From Candidatus Bathyarchaeota archaeon (GTDB lineage: Archaea; Thermoproteota; Bathyarchaeia; Bathyarchaeales; Bathycorpusculaceae): a DNA stretch of 64,000 nt. The stretch is from positions 66,986 through 130,985 of the forward strand of contig CAVYES010000003.1 in NCBI GenBank assembly GCA_963767735.1. Direction: 5' to 3'. Shown in pieces: positions 48,757 through 58,378 of this stretch (its first letter is position 1; each line of letters starts with the position of its first letter). The translations under genes and the position numbers were made by a program. Under the pieces are notes generated by a model. That model was not told where the DNA came from and did not search any database. It saw nothing but the letters and a program-made list of their open reading frames with translations.

Positions 48757-50365
48757 GTCTTCAGCCGTGGACCAATCACTTCCTCTCAGTAAAAAGGTAA
48801 AAAATTTGAGGGTTCTGCTGATTACTGGTGCTCTTGCAGAGGAAACAGTTAAACGTTATGCCCAGGGAAGTTGCGCAAAAACTAAGACAATCGCACTAAA
48901 GATTTCCGTTGCTGCCCTTTTAACTCCCGAAACCATCGCCAAAGCCCTAAAAGATGTTGACGTTAAGGGGTTTGACGTAATTTTGGTGCCGGGGCTCGTC
49001 AGAGGAGACACAGCGATAATTACAAAAGCGTCTGGCGTCCAGACCTTTAAAGGTCCAAGGTATGCGGCCGATTTGCAAACAGTGCTGGATTCTTTGGGCG
49101 AAGTTGAGCTTTCCACAGTTGTGCCTGCCTGCGATTTAGTTCGAGAGCAGCTTCAGAAAAAAGCCCTGCATGACATAGAGGAGGCAGAGCAAAACGGCGC
49201 GGCACTGCTCAAGAAGTCTGGCAATATGATGATTGGGAATTTGGCAGTTGGCAAGGGCTTTCCCATGCGGGTTTTGGCTGAAATTGTTGATGCGGCGCTG
49301 CTGGATAAGGAAACAATTCAGAGGCTGGCAAAACACTTCGTTAAGGCAGGTGCGGACATTATCGATGTCGGTATGGTTGCAGGTGAATCCCAGCCTTCAG
49401 AGGCAAGACGCATTGTTGAGACGGTCAAAGAGTTTGTGGATATGCCTGTGAGCATAGACTCGCTTGATCCAGCGGAGATTCGAGAGGCAGTTGCTGCAGG
49501 CGTAGACCTCGTTTTGAGTGCGGATGCAGGAAACATCGAAGCAATTGCGTCCTACGTCTCTGATGTTGCTGTGGTTGTTATCCCGACAAATCAGCGCCAG
49601 GGCAAATTTCCTAAAAAAGCCAAAGAACGCATCCAATTTTTAGAGGAGATTCTTGAGACGGCAAATAATCTGGGCGTGAAAAAGTGCTTGGCGGATTTGA
49701 TTCTTGACCCATCAGACGTTTTAGAGTCGTTTGTTGCTTTTCGCGAGTTCGCCAATAGAAACCCAGATGTGCCGTTGTTTGTCGGTGTTTCAAATGTGAC
49801 TGAACTTATGGATGCCGACTCAGTTGGAGTTAACGCTTTGCTGGCCCGTTTATCCTCAGATGTAGGTGCAAGCGTCCTGTTGGCAACTGAGAAAAGTGAT
49901 AAGGCAAAGGGCACCGTCGGTGAGGAGGCTGAGGCGGCTAAGATGATGTTTCTGGCAAAAAAACGCTGTTCGGTGCCAAAAGACCTTGGCGTAGACTTGC
50001 TTCTGTTTAAGGACAAAAGGAACCGAGAAGCGCTGTATGATAAAGCGGTTGAAAAAAACGTGCAAGTAATTGAGGCGGAAAAACATGGTTTAGCCGAATT
50101 GGATGCACTTGGTTCATTCACAATTATTGTTGACCGTATTGACGAAAAAATCGTGGCGTTGCATTATTCTTCTGCGAAGATTGAAAAGCCAGATAAGATA
50201 ATTAAAGGCAAAACCGCTGAAGCCGTCTACTCAAATATTATTAAATTGGGTTTGGTTTCAAGAGAAGACCACGCAGCGTACTTAGGTGACGAATTGGCAA
50301 AAGCTGAAATTGCACTGAGAACTGGAAAAGAGTACATACAGGACAGAGCGATGTTTACAAAATAG
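48746..50365 (+). CDS. Dihydropteroate synthase-like protein with a C-terminal DUF4346-like domain
   Basis: LLITGALA, KGPRYAADL, GADIIDVG, SIDS, NVTELMDADS and HAAYLGDELAKAEIAL..YIQD. Confidence 0.87.
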   Translation: MKVKSSAVDQSLPLSKKVKNLRVLLITGALAEETVKRYAQGSCAKTKTIALKISVAALLTPETIAKALKDVDVKGFDVILVPGLVRGDTAIITKASGVQTFKGPRYAADLQTVLDSLGEVELSTVVPACDLVREQLQKKALHDIEEAEQNGAALLKKSGNMMIGNLAVGKGFPMRVLAEIVDAALLDKETIQRLAKHFVKAGADIIDVGMVAGESQPSEARRIVETVKEFVDMPVSIDSLDPAEIREAVAAGVDLVLSADAGNIEAIASYVSDVAVVVIPTNQRQGKFPKKAKERIQFLEEILETANNLGVKKCLADLILDPSDVLESFVAFREFANRNPDVPLFVGVSNVTELMDADSVGVNALLARLSSDVGASVLLATEKSDKAKGTVGEEAEAAKMMFLAKKRCSVPKDLGVDLLLFKDKRNREALYDKAVEKNVQVIEAEKHGLAELDALGSFTIIVDRIDEKIVALHYSSAKIEKPDKIIKGKTAEAVYSNIIKLGLVSREDHAAYLGDELAKAEIALRTGKEYIQDRAMFTK

Positions 50366-50882
50366 TGGTTTTAGACTGCAACTTTTCTTGCGTTAATTTT
50401 GCTTCATATAAACCCTCCAAAAACAACCACGTCAATATTAACATATAAATGTAAATTTTGGCTGCAGAAAAAGCATGGAGAAAAACCCTTAATTACGCGG
50501 TTGATTTTGCGGTCATTTCGCTTATAGCGCCCATTATTTAACCGTTTAAGTGGTTGAGTCAGATTGTTTAGCCTTTAGCAAATTTTAAATACATATTGAA
50601 GCCAATTGTAGCTTTGAGGTTATTTAAGTGGCTAAGGCTCCAAAGAAAGAAGATAAAAAGGGTAAAAAGAAGAAATAAGGCGTTTTCAAAGTTCGCCTTA
50701 ACCCTCATTTTCTTTTTTAACAAAAAATATTCGTTTCCTTCAGTGGTATGGCAAATTAGACATAAAGAGTGTTATGCCAATTCAAAGTATTCTTTGGTTT
50801 TTTTGAAGCGTTGAAGTAATTGGTTAGGTGAAGCTTTATCTTTTTAAAAGTAATTTTAACTATACTGAAGTGAGAACAGAAT

Positions 50883-51806
50883 TTGGAAAGCAATCCGTTA
50901 AGTACACGCCTTGCAGGCTTGGAGCTGGAAAACCCAACCATTCTGGCATCTGGAATACTGGGTTACTCGGCTGAATCGCTTCACCGCGTGGCTAAAGGCG
51001 GCGCAGGAGCCGTAGTTACAAAATCTATCGGAGTAGAGCCAAGAGTAGGCTATCCGAACCCGACAATTTTTCAAACAGAAAGCGGCTTAATCAACGCTAT
51101 GGGGCTGGCGAACCCTGGCATCGACTTGTATACTGAAGAAATAAAGTACTCCAAAGTCATTTTGCGTCTTCCGCTTATTGTCAGCGTGTTTGGCTACTCA
51201 GCAGAAGAATACACAACTGTTGCCAAAAAAGCCGTCGAGGCAGGAGCCGATGCCGTGGAGCTTAATGTTTCCTGTCCGCATGTCAAGCAAACTGGCGCGG
51301 AAATCGCTCAAAACCCTAAACTGCTTGCTGACGTGGTCGACACCGTGAAGGCGGCGGTTGACAAACCTGTAATTGTGAAGCTGTCTCCAAACGTTGCAGA
51401 TATAGCCGCAATAGCTCGGGCAGCAGTTGAGGCTGGAGCAGATGCTCTAACCGCCGTGAACACGCTGAAGGCGATGGCGATTGATTCGGAAACGATGCGT
51501 CCAGTTTTAAGCAACATAAAAGGAGGCTTGTCTGGTCCAGCCATCAAGCCAGTAGCGCTACGATGCGTATATGATATTCATGAGGCGTTGCCAGATGTGC
51601 CAATAATTGGCTGCGGCGGAGTAGTCGATTGGAGTGACGCCGTAGAGTTTCTGTTAGCTGGCGCCTCCGCAGTTCAGGTTGGCAGTGCCATCGCTTTGGA
51701 GGGCACGGAGGTTTTCCAAGCCATAACCAAAGGAGTTGAAGTTTATTTGAGAAAGAAACATTATGGGAGTGTGAAAGAGATTGTCGGCCTCGCTCATCGC
51801 AGTTAA
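50883..51806 (+). CDS. pyrD: Dihydroorotate dehydrogenase 1B, catalytic subunit
   Basis: ILASG, VTKS, NAMGLAN, ELNVSCPH, KLSPN and GGLSGPAIKP. Confidence 0.95.
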   Translation: MESNPLSTRLAGLELENPTILASGILGYSAESLHRVAKGGAGAVVTKSIGVEPRVGYPNPTIFQTESGLINAMGLANPGIDLYTEEIKYSKVILRLPLIVSVFGYSAEEYTTVAKKAVEAGADAVELNVSCPHVKQTGAEIAQNPKLLADVVDTVKAAVDKPVIVKLSPNVADIAAIARAAVEAGADALTAVNTLKAMAIDSETMRPVLSNIKGGLSGPAIKPVALRCVYDIHEALPDVPIIGCGGVVDWSDAVEFLLAGASAVQVGSAIALEGTEVFQAITKGVEVYLRKKHYGSVKEIVGLAHRS

Positions 51807-52599
51807 CACGCTTAGAACCACGGAAATCGTGCAGGTTAGGGTTGAGAGTCCAACCGTTAAAACTTTCATCTTGCCTGATAGGTTATGCTCGAAAGCTAAA
51901 CCCGGACAGTTCTTGATGCTTTGGATTCCGGGCATAGATGAAATCCCTCTGAGCATAATGGATGCAAGCAACGGGTTGGTCTCCGTATCCATAAAGCAGG
52001 TTGGCGATGCAACACGGCATTTGCACGGCATGGCGGCAGGCGAAACCGTTGGAATACGTGGACCCTTCGGCAACATCTTCACTGAAAGCAGAGGCAGAGT
52101 CCTCCTGGTAAGCGGCGGAACAGGAACAGCGCCTTTGCTGTTTTTGGCAAAGCAGCTTTCAGCCAAAACGGAACGATTATCTTTTGTTGAAGGCGCCAAA
52201 ACCAAAGACGAACTCCTCTTTATCCGGGAGCTAAACGGCGTCTGCAACGAAAAAAACTTGATCACGACAACAGAAGACGGCACTTACGGCTTGCAATGCA
52301 TGGTAACTGAACCCCTCGGCAGCTTGTTGGACAAAGAAAAATTCGATATGATCTACACATGCGGCCCCGAAGTGATGGTGAAGAAAATCTTTGAGTTAAC
52401 AGAACAACGCAAACTGCCAATAGAAGCAAGCCTTGAGCGTCTGATGCGCTGCGGCATAGGCTTATGCGGAAGCTGCGTAATCGGCAAATACCGCGTCTGC
52501 AGAGATGGCCCGGTTTTCAACGCTGCTCAGCTAAGGGAAGTCAAAGAAGAGTTGGGCATCTCAAAACTGGGCTTTGACGGCTCAAGAATACCCTTCTAA
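51781..52599 (+). CDS. pyrK: Dihydroorotate dehydrogenase electron-transfer subunit
   Basis: PGQFLM, RGPFGN, GGTGTAP, CGPE and MRCGIGLCGSC...VCRDGPVF. Confidence 0.95.
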   Translation: MSASLIAVNTLRTTEIVQVRVESPTVKTFILPDRLCSKAKPGQFLMLWIPGIDEIPLSIMDASNGLVSVSIKQVGDATRHLHGMAAGETVGIRGPFGNIFTESRGRVLLVSGGTGTAPLLFLAKQLSAKTERLSFVEGAKTKDELLFIRELNGVCNEKNLITTTEDGTYGLQCMVTEPLGSLLDKEKFDMIYTCGPEVMVKKIFELTEQRKLPIEASLERLMRCGIGLCGSCVIGKYRVCRDGPVFNAAQLREVKEELGISKLGFDGSRIPF

Positions 52600-52618
52600 T
52601 CGGCGTCCACAAGAAAAA

Positions 52619-52903
52619 ATGTTGCCTCAGCCAGAAATAGAAACGCTTGCCCGAAAAGCCATCCTTCTCTACAACAGGGTAAGAAGCCCTGAAGCCACAG
52701 CCAAACTAGTATTCGCCTCGCCAGAAACGCTAACAGTTTCGTTTTCAGGAAGTTTCTGCTACGACTGCAGCATCCTTGACATCGTTGAAGGCTTCACTAA
52801 CCAATTCAAAGCATTAACCGACAAAGCAGACCTGAAAATGGGCAAAACAAGACAAATAAACCCAAGAACCTTCGAAGCAGATTACATTGTTGACCCTAAG
52901 TAG
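52619..52903 (+). CDS. Small archaeal CxxC protein
   Basis: YNRVRSPEATAK...FSGSFCYDC, reminiscent of a NifU-C-like CxxC context (inference). Confidence 0.6.
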   Translation: MLPQPEIETLARKAILLYNRVRSPEATAKLVFASPETLTVSFSGSFCYDCSILDIVEGFTNQFKALTDKADLKMGKTRQINPRTFEADYIVDPK

Positions 52904-52960
52904 TTTTTGGACCTCAATAAGGCCCTCTTCTTTGTCTTCTTAATAAAATGAAAAGTGGGC

Positions 52961-53157
52961 GACTGGATTTGGCTCCATTTTGTAGCGCCACCGCAGAAGT
53001 GTGGGGACTAAGTCGGTTGTGGCGTTGAAGTTTAGCTTTGCTGTTTCTTGATTTATCAGCGGCCCGTTAGAGTTCACCTTTTCCCATCTTTTTATATCTT
53101 TTTTAACCCTAACCTGCAACAGATTCAAACGCTAAACTAAAAAACCAACCCAAAACA
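52961..53157 (-). pseudogene. Leader-array-MPLT element, copy D (decayed)
   Basis: Leader at 53111-53157, three 10-bp units at 53075-53104, and remnant VPTLLRWRYKMEPNPV (52961-53008) homologous to VPKLIRW..KLEP of copy B. Confidence 0.7.
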
Positions 53158-53251
53158 CAAACACCCAAAACCGAGCTCCCTACCCATTTTTACAACAAAA
53201 ACTAATCGCAAAAAACATCAGCGCACAACAAAAAAAACTAAAATGGAAGGG

Positions 53252-54442
53252 TTAAGTGTATTCTTGAGGCATCCCGATCTTTCGCAGGTAATCTTTTGCG
53301 TATCTTGGATTGTAGGCTAGCAGTTCTTTGCTTCGTAACAGTCTTCTGTCAAGTCTGTCTAATGCCACTCTGAACGTTGGTTCCACACCCCAGCCTTCGC
53401 TGGCGCTAAAGAAGGTTCCCCTCACTGTCCTGAACTGTAAGCGGCAATGAATCAGCGGTGTTCCCCGCAGGTTCGTGTTGCCGTGGCTTTTCATGTAGAC
53501 AAAAAGTGTTCCTAACTGAAAAGCGTCTTGATACTTATGCGCGAAGGAATCGAATTCGTCCATCATGAATCCCTGCTGTTCAGGGGTTACTTCCACGTCT
53601 TTAATGCCGAACTGCACTGATAACTTCTTCTCAACGGTTTCCAACTGAGAGATTGGCTCAAGAAAATCACGCTTCGTCACGATCCCCACTAGCCGATCAT
53701 TTGAAACAACTAATAAGCAGGAAATGTCCCGATCATGCATTGTTTTCTCTGTGACGCGCAGGCTCGTTTGAGGTTCAACCGTAATTAATGGTTTAGCCAT
53801 TATGCCTTTGGCTGGAACGCTTAATGTTTCAATTTTTTCTCCAACTATATCTCCAGTTGTCTGCCGTTTCTGAGGCCAATAAATATTCTTCAAAATATCT
53901 TCGATGCTAATCATGCCTACAACTTTGCCGTTGTCCATCACCGGCACATGAGAAATGCCACACTCCCTCATTAAACTAAGAACAGCTCCCACGGAACGAT
54001 TTGCCTCAATGGTGTGGGGCGCCCGCGTCATTATTTTCTCTATGACATTGTTTCCCCACTCTTGAAGAACAGCTGCATGAATAATATTCTCATCAGTAAC
54101 AAACCCCAACAGCTTATTCTTCTCAAAAACCGGAAGCTCCCTCATCTCACTCTCGATCATCAACTTAGCCATTTTACTTAACGAAAAATCACCCATAACT
54201 GGGGGAACGACCTTCATCAACGATTTGACCTTAGTCGCAGTTGAATCAAGTCTTGACCTTAAAATCGAGCGTCTAGTAATTACGCCTTCATATTTGCCCT
54301 TATCATTTAAAACAGCTAAAACTGGAGGCTTTCCTGTTTCAAATGCTTCTAAACACCGAGACAGTGTGTCGTTTTCTTGAACAGAGTTAAATACATTTGA
54401 ATAGACATCTTTAGCAGAAATTACGCTTGCCATAACAATCAC
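53252..54442 (-). CDS. Four-CBS-domain protein fused to a C-terminal HPF/RaiA-like domain (Hib-type ribosome hibernation factor candidate)
   Basis: Four CBS repeats (GVITRRSI, GFVTDENI, GMISIEDI, GIVTKRDF). C-terminal SASEGWGVEPTFRVALDRLDRRL resembles the last strand-helix of HPF. Confidence 0.75.
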   Translation of the reverse strand: MIVMASVISAKDVYSNVFNSVQENDTLSRCLEAFETGKPPVLAVLNDKGKYEGVITRRSILRSRLDSTATKVKSLMKVVPPVMGDFSLSKMAKLMIESEMRELPVFEKNKLLGFVTDENIIHAAVLQEWGNNVIEKIMTRAPHTIEANRSVGAVLSLMRECGISHVPVMDNGKVVGMISIEDILKNIYWPQKRQTTGDIVGEKIETLSVPAKGIMAKPLITVEPQTSLRVTEKTMHDRDISCLLVVSNDRLVGIVTKRDFLEPISQLETVEKKLSVQFGIKDVEVTPEQQGFMMDEFDSFAHKYQDAFQLGTLFVYMKSHGNTNLRGTPLIHCRLQFRTVRGTFFSASEGWGVEPTFRVALDRLDRRLLRSKELLAYNPRYAKDYLRKIGMPQEYT

Positions 54443-55290
54443 TTCTCAATTAATTGTAATAGTAGAATATAAACAATAATTTTTTATTTTATTTCTACTT
54501 ATCCACCACCACGCTGGAAAGTCGTTTCATCGCATGTTGGCGGTGGAGCAAATTGTCTAAAATGCAACCCTACTTCTGCTTTATCTATGGTTGAGCAAAT
54601 CTATCTGCAAAACAAGCTTCGGCTTAAATGTCCATGTGCGGCAGAACGTTTGAGTGAATAATTAAGAAACAAAACAGACAGAAAAAAGTGGCACTTTCAT
54701 TTTTTAGCGCTTAATCATTGTTGCTTCTTGAAGAAACAGACGAAACTATAGGTATACTCAAATAACCAGGTTACCAATCAGTAAACAAAGGGTTGAAAAT
54801 ATCTTGAGAAATAAAGGAAACAAGTTTTACCAAAACACTCACGGAGTCATTTTTCGAACAAAAACGAATAATAAACAGTCAAAGAAAAAGATCGCTTTAA
54901 TGAAAAAAACACGAAACCTTAGAGCCCAATTGAATCCGCTTTCTTAGAGGACATTTCAGGGACACCTACTTTTGTCCCATCTGTTATGTCTTTAAGGGTT
55001 GGAAAACTTGGGATTCCTTAGTATTTGAGTCGATTTTTATTGGTAAAAAATCCTAAATCTATAAGCGTAGAAATTGCCTTAATTGGCAGAGAAAAGCACC
55101 CATATTATTACTGTTCATTAATTATGTCGCAATCATAGTAACGGTAATAACACATAATCCTGAGCTGCAATAGAGAATAGTTTAAACTAAATAGTCAAAA
55201 TCAGGTTTTTTAGCAGGGTAAGTAGAATTTAAACGTTGCAAAGCCGGTTTCCGAGTAAGCAAGAGGCATCTGTTGGCGCCGAATAATTTT

Positions 55291-55449
55291 TTGTTCTTGT
55301 TGTTTTGGGTTGCTTTTTTCGTTTAGGGCTTAAATTGCTTGCAGGTTTGAATCTAGAATAATCGCAAATAATCGAGAATAATCGCGTTTAATCGCAAATA
55401 ATCGCGTACAGAAATGTAGCAGAACGTAGTGAAGTGTAGCAGAATGTAT
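55291..55449 (+). repeat. Leader-array element, copy A
   Basis: Leader at 55291-55349, five 10-bp units (nnaataatcg) at 55355-55404, then four 10-bp units of a second type (cagaatgtag-like) at 55410-55449. Confidence 0.9.
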
Positions 55450-55506
55450 TTCTGTGTCCTTTTTCGCCTTTTTGAAGAGGATATAACATTTGTAAGTGCT
55501 GCCTGA

Positions 55507-55630
55507 CTGTTCTGGTTGTTTTGGGTTGCTTTTTTCGTTTAGGGCTTAATTCGTTTGCAGGTTGCGTGAGGAAAAGTGAAGGAATGTAACAGAAAGTGAA
55601 GGAAAGTAACAGAAAGTAATAGAAAGTAAG
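55507..55630 (+). repeat. Leader-array element, copy B
   Basis: Leader at 55507-55565 and six 10-bp units (agaaagtaac consensus) at 55571-55630. Confidence 0.9.
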
Positions 55631-55639
55631 CGTTCCTGT

Positions 55640-55914
55640 ATGCCGCTTACTAGAAAAGTAACGTTTCAGAGTTCTTGAGAAAAACAACAACATTCAAGTT
55701 CCAAAGCTGATTCGTTGGATGTAAAGTTGGAGCCGTTTGAGGTTTTAAAAGTACCCGTGACCATTGTTTGTTTTTAGGGGTTAGGGAGAGTTTTTTGGCC
55801 AAGATGGTGAAAAATGGTCGGATACGTATTCCGGATTTGATGTTGGCTTCGTTGTAGCGGGATAAGCCAAGCCTTGAAGGATACGCCCTGGAATTGCCTC
55901 TTGAACCTGATTAG
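55640..55914 (+). pseudogene. Disrupted tandem AbrB/SpoVT-like DNA-binding protein gene (MPLT family)
   Basis: Reconstructed across several frameshifts and a stop: MPLTRKVTFQ/VLEKNNNIQVPKLIRWM/KLEPFEVLKVPVTIVCF/GVRESFLAKMVKNGRIRIPDLMLASL*RDKPSLEGYALELPLEPD. Confidence 0.7.
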
Positions 55915-56099
55915 CGCTGTCTGAGGTGAGTTGACTTTCGCTTCCTTTTCCAGCTGTATGTGACTTTGTGAGGTAATATTATGGAATTCGAAATAGTGTG
56001 CGGAGTGGAATGTGGATTATAACGTGAAGTTGTTTTATCTGCCTTATAGAAAACAAATATAAAAGTGGTTTAAGATGCCTGCAACACTGTTGAGGACAA

Positions 56100-56425
56100 G
56101 CTGAAAAGGCGTAAAAACTCGTTACTATGGAGATGGTGGGCATCGCTGAACAAGGGGCTTCAAAAACTCAGATAGCGTTTAGAGCCAGCCTTAATTTTAG
56201 CCAACTAAACAAGTACCTGTCATTGCTCTTGCATAATGGTCTTCTTGAGACAGTTGTAGAAGGTTGTAGCCAATGGAAGAGAAATCTACAAGGTCACGCC
56301 AAGAGGTCTGGAGTTCAGAGAGAGGCAACGAAAAGTGTTGGATTTACTAAATGAAGATGCGCTGGCCGGAAAAGCTTGGAAATGCCTTCGTCAGCCAAAT
56401 ATTTGGGATTGTCAAATTTGCTAAA
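56100..56425 (+). pseudogene. Frameshifted HTH_45-like winged-helix gene
   Basis: ASKTQIAFRASLNFSQLNKYLSLL continues in another frame as NGREIYKVTPRGLEF after a gttgtag duplication. Paralogous to 16710-17060. Confidence 0.6.
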
Positions 56426-56569
56426 CAAAAGATTGATAATAAATAAAAGATATTACCTACAGTAATGTTAATAGACTGTTAGTCAAGAAGTCAGATAGGA
56501 GTCATCGAAAATCACTGCGTGCTCAATAAATCGTTTAATTGTCTTTCGTCAGGATGGAATTTACTAGGT

Positions 56570-56953
56570 ATGTCTGGGGATCAAAAAGATGTAGTTGAAG
56601 AACTCAAGGTTGAGTGGAAACGACTGTGGCTTGAGCGTGTGGACGATAAAGTGCGTGCTGAAGGCATAGCGATTGAGGATTATTCCTCGTTGTTTGTCGA
56701 TAAAGGAACTGTGATTCATGCCACGAGAGATTTTAAAGCTTTAAATTTCAAGGAAATCTTGGAGCAACACCAGATAGAAAATGCTGATCGGTACATTCCT
56801 CCGTCAAAAGAAGTTGGTGGATGGAACAAATTCATTAAACAACAGATTACAAGCAAAAATCATTTTAAGATAAAGCAAGCAGAACTCTATGAGTCAGAGA
56901 AAAAAGAAAAGCAGCAACCAAAAAAAGGTGGAAGAGGCTGGTTGCACATCTGA
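56570..56953 (+). CDS. Hypothetical protein
   Basis: ATG start MSGDQKD, W/K-rich, ending KKGGRGWLHI. No family recognised. Confidence 0.65.
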   Translation: MSGDQKDVVEELKVEWKRLWLERVDDKVRAEGIAIEDYSSLFVDKGTVIHATRDFKALNFKEILEQHQIENADRYIPPSKEVGGWNKFIKQQITSKNHFKIKQAELYESEKKEKQQPKKGGRGWLHI

Positions 56954-57321
56954 GGCATGAAATTTTCTTTTGTGTAGGTTTAATATCTGCTTTAATCAGA
57001 AGGGTTTTGTTACACTTAATTCCCATTGTCGTTTAAGCGATTTTCGTGCGAGGGTTTAAGCACCTGTTGACTGAGGGAGTTTCTTGGGGAAATATGAGCA
57101 TTTCATGAGCGCTATGCTGAGACGAAACTACTTGAGGCGATGGATGAACGAGATAAAATGACGATGAATTGTGATTGTTAACGTACAATAACAAATATAT
57201 TTAAGGAGTGAACGCTAACTAAGCGCCAAGGTTGGATGCCTGATATATTTCATTTTTTGCAATATCGCCTTAAATAAGAGTTGAGCTATCATATATGAAA
57301 GAAAAGGAGCGTTAATTTTAA

Positions 57322-58020
57322 ATGGCGAAAGGAGAAGTTCAGGGTATCCCCTCAACGCAGGTTATTATCGCTGCATTGAACGAGGAAGAAGGCGTAGGAC
57401 TCACTATAGCTGACTTTATGGATAACCTTGGTAGTCCACGCGTTCTGGTGGTTGACGGCAGAAGTACTGATCGAACCATTGAGGTGGCTAAGAATATGGG
57501 CGCCGAGATCGTTTTTCAAGATGGATTAGGTAAGGGTGATGCGTTGGCGAAGGCCGTTGCGAACTCGGATTTAGCGGTTGATTATTTTGTTATTACGGAT
57601 GCTGACTATACATATCCAGCTGAATATGTTCCTGAGATGATTCGAATACTTGAGGAGAATCCTGATGTGGGAATGGTTTGCGGCAACCGGTTCAGTGGTT
57701 ATTTAGACCTGAAGGGGTTAAATAGCATTTTTTACTTAGGTAATCGGGTTATTGCGTTTACTCACAACTTCCTTAATGGAGTACAATTGAGTGATCCGTT
57801 GACGGGGTTGCGTGTGGTGCGTGCGGAAATTTTTAGGAACTGGAAGGTGAAGTCCAAGGGTTTTGATGTGGAGGTTGAGCTTAATCATCATGTGGAGCGA
57901 GCGGGTTTTGGCATCGTGGAGGTTCCTATTCAATATAGAGAAAGATTAGGTGAAAAGAAACTGGGAATTAAGAACGGCGCCGAAATTTTGAAGCGCATAA
58001 TATTAGAAACAACATACTGA
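57322..58020 (+). CDS. Family 2 glycosyltransferase (DPM synthase-like)
   Basis: IAALNEE, VDGRSTDRT, GKGDA, DADYTY and FDVEVEL. Confidence 0.93.
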   Translation: MAKGEVQGIPSTQVIIAALNEEEGVGLTIADFMDNLGSPRVLVVDGRSTDRTIEVAKNMGAEIVFQDGLGKGDALAKAVANSDLAVDYFVITDADYTYPAEYVPEMIRILEENPDVGMVCGNRFSGYLDLKGLNSIFYLGNRVIAFTHNFLNGVQLSDPLTGLRVVRAEIFRNWKVKSKGFDVEVELNHHVERAGFGIVEVPIQYRERLGEKKLGIKNGAEILKRIILETTY

Positions 58021-58378
58021 ATCCGTTTCTAAATGACATAAAGCATTTTCTCATTCCAAATATTCAGGTTAAAAACCAAAGTCTAACCTCTACAACAAGA
58101 CTTCCAATGGATCTGTTTACAATAAGAACAATTTACTTTATAGATTTTTCTCGCCTATGTATTTATTAGTGAATCTTTAGAATCTATTAATAAAAGGATG
58201 TGTAGGACAAAACTTTCTGATTAGGTGCTCATTTTGCTTGTCTGCTCTCGTCAGAGAGGGATTATTTATTGGAAATGGTCTATGTTAGATTATTTTTGTT
58301 TCAACTAGGTTGCCATCCTGCACGGTTTAAATAGCGCCTTATCATTGAAATTTTGGTAATAAATTTGGGAGTTTTAGT

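Noticed and set aside
52940-53128. Fluoride riboswitch or intact 62-aa gene
   Set aside because: The riboswitch consensus (GGCGATGGxGTTCGCC...GCTxATGAC) is not met. The region is better explained as a decayed MPLT-element copy.
55355-55630. CRISPR array interpretation of the tandem repeats
   Set aside because: Units are 10 bp and contiguous with no unique spacers, and there are no cas genes in the window.
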